Below, in pieces: positions 59,966-64,000 of a stretch of 64,000 nt of DNA. The number at the start of each line of letters is the position of its first letter. Positions within the stretch are counted from its first letter, which is position 1. Location: assembly GCA_000004985.1 (NCBI GenBank), contig GG738923.1; one strand, 5' to 3'. Under the pieces are notes generated by a model that saw only the letters and a program-made list of their open reading frames with translations, was not told where the DNA came from and made no database searches. The stretch comes from Naegleria gruberi (taxonomy: Eukaryota). The position numbers and the translations under genes were made by a program.

Positions 59966-61971
59966 TTATTGATCCAAATCTTCATATTGAGCCTTTTGCT
60001 TATCCTTCAATTGAACAATGTAATAGACAAGACAACAGATTAAAATGATGGAAACGACAACAGTGGCAGCTTCAACACCAATGAACAAGTACAAACTGAC
60101 AACCTTTTCAACTTCTGGAGCTTCATAAGCATCTTCATAGATATCAGAAACACCCATGACAAGTTCATTGACAACACCGTTACCAGAAAAGTTAACTTGC
60201 AATTTTTCAGTACAAGTAGCATCAACAGTAGCAACATCTGGATTGGCCATCTTTAAAAAGTTGATCAAAATTTGCATACCACATGGAATGGTTTGATTGG
60301 AAGCTGAACCATCAAAGAAAGTCATGTGACCAGTCTTTGGAACAGTAATCAAAGCACGTGGACCTTGAATAGCCTTGAGTTGGTTTTGGGCTGACCACAA
60401 TGGTGTTTCAGCATCGAATTCACCATTAATCAAGAGAGTTGGAACAGTGGTAGTAATGGTCTTATTGTAAAAGTTAGCATTAACAGTGTATGGGGTCCAT
60501 GAGGTAATTTCCTTGAGATTAGCCCAATAAACAGAATCTCCCAAACCAATGCTAGTGAAATTATTGTATTGAACCTTCAATTCTTCAAGAGAAATTTCGG
60601 AATTGTACAATTCGCCGAAAATAAGATTGGCAGTAGCAAGAGGGGAGGCCAATGGAATGGAGGTCAAATTGGAGAAGGCAGCCTTTTGAGCAACATAATA
60701 ATCTCTAATGTGGAGAATGGTTGCAACATCCAAATCTTCATCACATCTATTCATACGATAGAGGAGAGCTGGAATGAAAACTTTGGTATCTGAGCCGAGC
60801 AACAAGAAGGCCAAAATTGCCTTGAATTGATCAGCTGGAATACCTTCCTTAATAGCCTTACAGGTATTATTGTGATAAACCTTTTCAATGGTATCATGGA
60901 AGTATTTGATTGGATCAACGTTACCAATCTTTTGAGCACAGAGATTATCAGTACCATTACAGAGCTTTAAGAATTCAATACCAACTTGATTGGTAATTTC
61001 ATCAGCATAAGACAAGGCCAACAATCCACCATAGCTATTTTGACCAGTTGTGTCAATAATACTATCCAAAATTGATCCCTTAAGAATGTTCAATCCATTT
61101 TGTTCAACAAGCTTCAACAAACGAGAAACGACAAGACTTCCGTAACCAAGACCATAAACATAGGTTTCTTGTTGAGTATTCATCTTTTGAATCAAAGCAG
61201 CAATATCGTAGGCAACATTGACTGATGAATAGAATTGCTTTTGAGCACCATATTCAGCATCGAAGGCACTGTAACAATTCTTCCATTCACTTGATGAAAT
61301 TGAAATACCACCAGAACTTCCTGGAGTTTCAGCTTGAGAAGCATCACATCCGAGTCTAGAACTTCTTCCATTACCTCTAGTATCGAGAGTATAAATATCA
61401 AAATCAGAACCCAACAATTTAGAAACGAGTTCAATAGAGACTTCAACATTTGATGCATCGGATTCAATTGGACCGACCATCCATAGAGCTCTCTTGGCAT
61501 CCTTGTTTTCAGTGGATCTCACTCGTTTAACAAAAACGTCAATGGCACTTCCTTGTGGTTGATCTGGATTCAATGGGAGACTAACAACTGAACATTCAGC
61601 AGTAGTTCTAACAAGGAGATTGTTTTTAGTATCTAAATTATTATTAGTGATGATGAATTATTGATTATTATTATTGATTTTGTTATTGTTGTCGTTGTTA
61701 AAAAAAGATTTTTTGTGAATTTTAACACTCATCACACACTTGAGAGAAACTTACTGTATTGATTGATAGCATTAATGACGTCTCTAGCACGTGGTGAAAA
61801 GGTAGAAGCTTTCAAAGTTGTTGTATTTGAAGAAACTTGAATATTAGTAAAAAGTGGGCAAGGATAAAATTGTTGAGCATTGATAAAATTTAAGAGGGTA
61901 GCAACAATAACCATCATCAACACGACCGACACACGGATCGATGATGAAGATCTATTCAATAACAAAGACAT
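59966..61971 (-). CDS. Secreted alpha/beta-hydrolase (S33 'TAP'-like peptidase or lipase) with a C-terminal TM. Two exons, with a 122-nt intron at 61633..61754.
   Basis: Exon 1 (MSLLLNRSSSSIRVSVVLMMVIVATLL) carries a signal peptide. Exon 2 contains the nucleophile elbow GLGYGS. Confidence 0.6.
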
Positions 61972-62410
61972 CCCAATGTTGTTGTTTTTTGTTATGTTGA
62001 AAAGAAGTTTGATATTTTGATATTTTTTCTCTTTCGTTCCTCGCTTTTTAAAAATCAAACAGAAGAACCTTCGGCCGAGGTGGATGAGCATCTTGAACAA
62101 ATGCGTCCAACTCCGGTTTCAATAATTACGCATTATTAAAATTTCAAAATGATGGAGTAACAGCAAGAACATTCATTGCTTTATGACTAACTGTTCTTGT
62201 AGAATGTTGAGAAAGCGAAAGGGTTTCAGAATAATTTGATTGGGCAATTAATTGGATCATTTTTACAATATGTTGAAAGAAACCCAAAGGCTTATCTTGT
62301 CGAAATTGTCTTATTTGTAAGTGAGGATGGAATCATTAAAAATCAATAAATATTTAAAGACATAAATTGATTTTATTTTAAAATCTATTGTCAATCCAAA
62401 CTAACTGCTA

Positions 62411-63795
62411 TTATTCACCAATAAGAATATATTTAAATTCAGGTGCAATTACCTTGTCCAAATGTTTCTCCAAATAATTTTCCTTAAATTCCCTTGTAAT
62501 AAATCTGAAGTTTACCCCTGTCGTTGAATCCGAGGTGCTTTTATCGGAATTCAAATTGACTGATTCTTCTTCAATTTGTTGTGGTGGAGGCATTGGAATG
62601 ATTTGTTGATCTGTCTTCCAGGAAAATAGACAAGCTCCTGTTGACTCTTCGTAGGGATTTAATTCAATGAGTTTGATATAATCACCAGTTGGAATCAAAT
62701 CTTCATTCCATTGATTGGTTTTCTCAATATCTGAGAAGAATCTTGGATAAATTACAAAATCTGCAACCATATGTTTAAAAATCATGTGCTTGTCTAGATT
62801 TTCCTTCAGATATTTTACACTCTTTTCAATCAATTGTTGAATCTGGTTATGGTATTGTTCAATTTCTTCCACGTGGACGAAATGATTGTACTGACTAATT
62901 GCAGCCAATTTTCCATTTACAATAAATGTTCTAAATTCCAATCTAATATCAATGGTTGTATCCCACCTTCTCAATGCAATCTTATTGAGTGGACTCTTCT
63001 CATTCCAAAATTCAACATATGTTTCAATTAGGTCCATATTCACTCTTGAGGATCTTAATAATAATTCTAAAACTTCATCTGATGATGAAATTTTCAAGAA
63101 TTCAGTTGCAGCCCTTGTAAAAGAAACAACTCTATTGGAATTATCGAGTTGAGCTTCCTCAGATGGATAGTGTTCCTTCAAATCTTTATGGAATAATTCC
63201 ATTACATATTTTCCATTCAATTTTGTAACATCTGCACGAACCAGTTAATTATATTTTCCCCAATTGTTTAATTTGTTGACTTACCCTTTGGAGATCTTGA
63301 TGATAGCTTGAAAAAGAGAGGTTCTCTTCTCTCCTCATCCTTCCACAAAGAACACTCATCAATTTCATGCATCAATTTTTGAATGTTTTCATCCAATTTC
63401 AATTCAATTTTCAAAGATTCAACAATTTCTCTTTCCTTTTTCTCAATTTCATCATTTGACATTTTCATCAATTGTAATTGCTTAGTTTTTGCAGAGAATT
63501 CCTCATGAATTTTAATCAATTTTAAAGCACACTCCCTCTGAATATCAATAAACACAGTGTCATAGGTAATTTCTCTCGGAATGAAAGGAACCCACTGATC
63601 CAATTGTGCCAAGATTTGATTTTCACGATAATTGTCGAGAATTGCTTTTTGTTCAGAGAACCAACTTGAAGAAAGGGATTGTTTGAAGGAGAGTGAACTT
63701 TTCTCGATAGGTTTTTGAACTCGGTTCAGTTTGAAGTTTTGGAGGTCTTGTGGGTTGATCATTTTTTTGTTTGTTTTGGATGAACATAATTTCAA
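62411..63795 (-). CDS. CDC123: Cdc123 / D123-family protein. Two exons, with a 53-nt intron at 63232..63284. The start is probably the ATG at 63762.
   Basis: N-terminal block SWFSEQKAILDNYRENQILAQLDQWVPFI. C-terminal ATP-grasp-like block EFRTFIVNGKLAAISQYNHF...GDYIKLIELNPYEESTGACLFSWKTD. The intron (GTAAGT...GTGCAG) joins ORFs 63268..63795 and 62411..63220 in frame. Confidence 0.75.
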
Positions 63796-64000
63796 TTTGA
63801 CATAAATTTAAGTGTTGCTTGTTTCAATGAACAGAGAACTTGCATAATGTTTGAATTTCAGTTTGACCAGTTCATATCAAAGTATGTTAAATAAAACTTG
63901 TAAAAAGTTAATAAGTGAGTATTAACACAATTTAACTTGTTCATTTACAGTTCTATTAGACATTTAAAAATCACACCGTTACATCTGACATTTGTCACTT

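Overview
This window looks like nuclear DNA from an AT-rich (about one-third GC) unicellular eukaryote. I cannot assign the organism from sequence alone. Amoebozoan- or heterolobosean-like is a guess.

Genes are densely packed on both strands. Introns are uniformly short (about 31-57 nt, a few over 110 nt), with GTAAGT, GTATGT or GTTTGT donors and TAG, CAG or AAG acceptors. Start codons typically sit in an 'aaaaaATG' context. Several ORFs in the supplied track are really exons of one gene. I rejoined these by locating frame-preserving introns that restore conserved motifs. Reconstructed multi-exon genes include a CLC chloride channel (5 exons), a Slo/BK-like K+ channel (5 exons), TRIP13/PCH2 (5 exons, two of them micro-exons of 6 and 5 nt encoding the Walker-A loop), Cdc123, a SHAQKYF-class Myb, RPS28e, a calponin-like gene, and a WD40/EML-like gene.

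Confident calls include polyubiquitin, beta-carbonic anhydrase, NmrA-like, SDR, a SpoU-family methyltransferase, one 5S rRNA and five tRNAs. The tRNAs are three identical tRNA-Arg(UCU) copies, one tRNA-Asn(GUU), and one tRNA-Leu(AAG) carrying an 11-nt intron.

The accessory-looking content is an expansion of F-box genes (at least 7), including two paralogous F-box plus Rho-GTPase fusion genes. There are also NHL-repeat/EGF-like/BTB surface-protein genes, three of which carry frameshifts, and a tandem pair of novel secreted proteins.

The most unusual observations are the micro-exon-encoded P-loop of TRIP13, the F-box-Rho fusions, a chimeric frame-disrupted unit inside the polyubiquitin array next to a decayed NHL/EGF gene, and two degenerate 5S fragments upstream of the intact 5S gene. 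No prokaryotic-style defence or mobile system, and no CRISPR array, is present.

All functional calls are by eye from motif recognition. No database search was possible.
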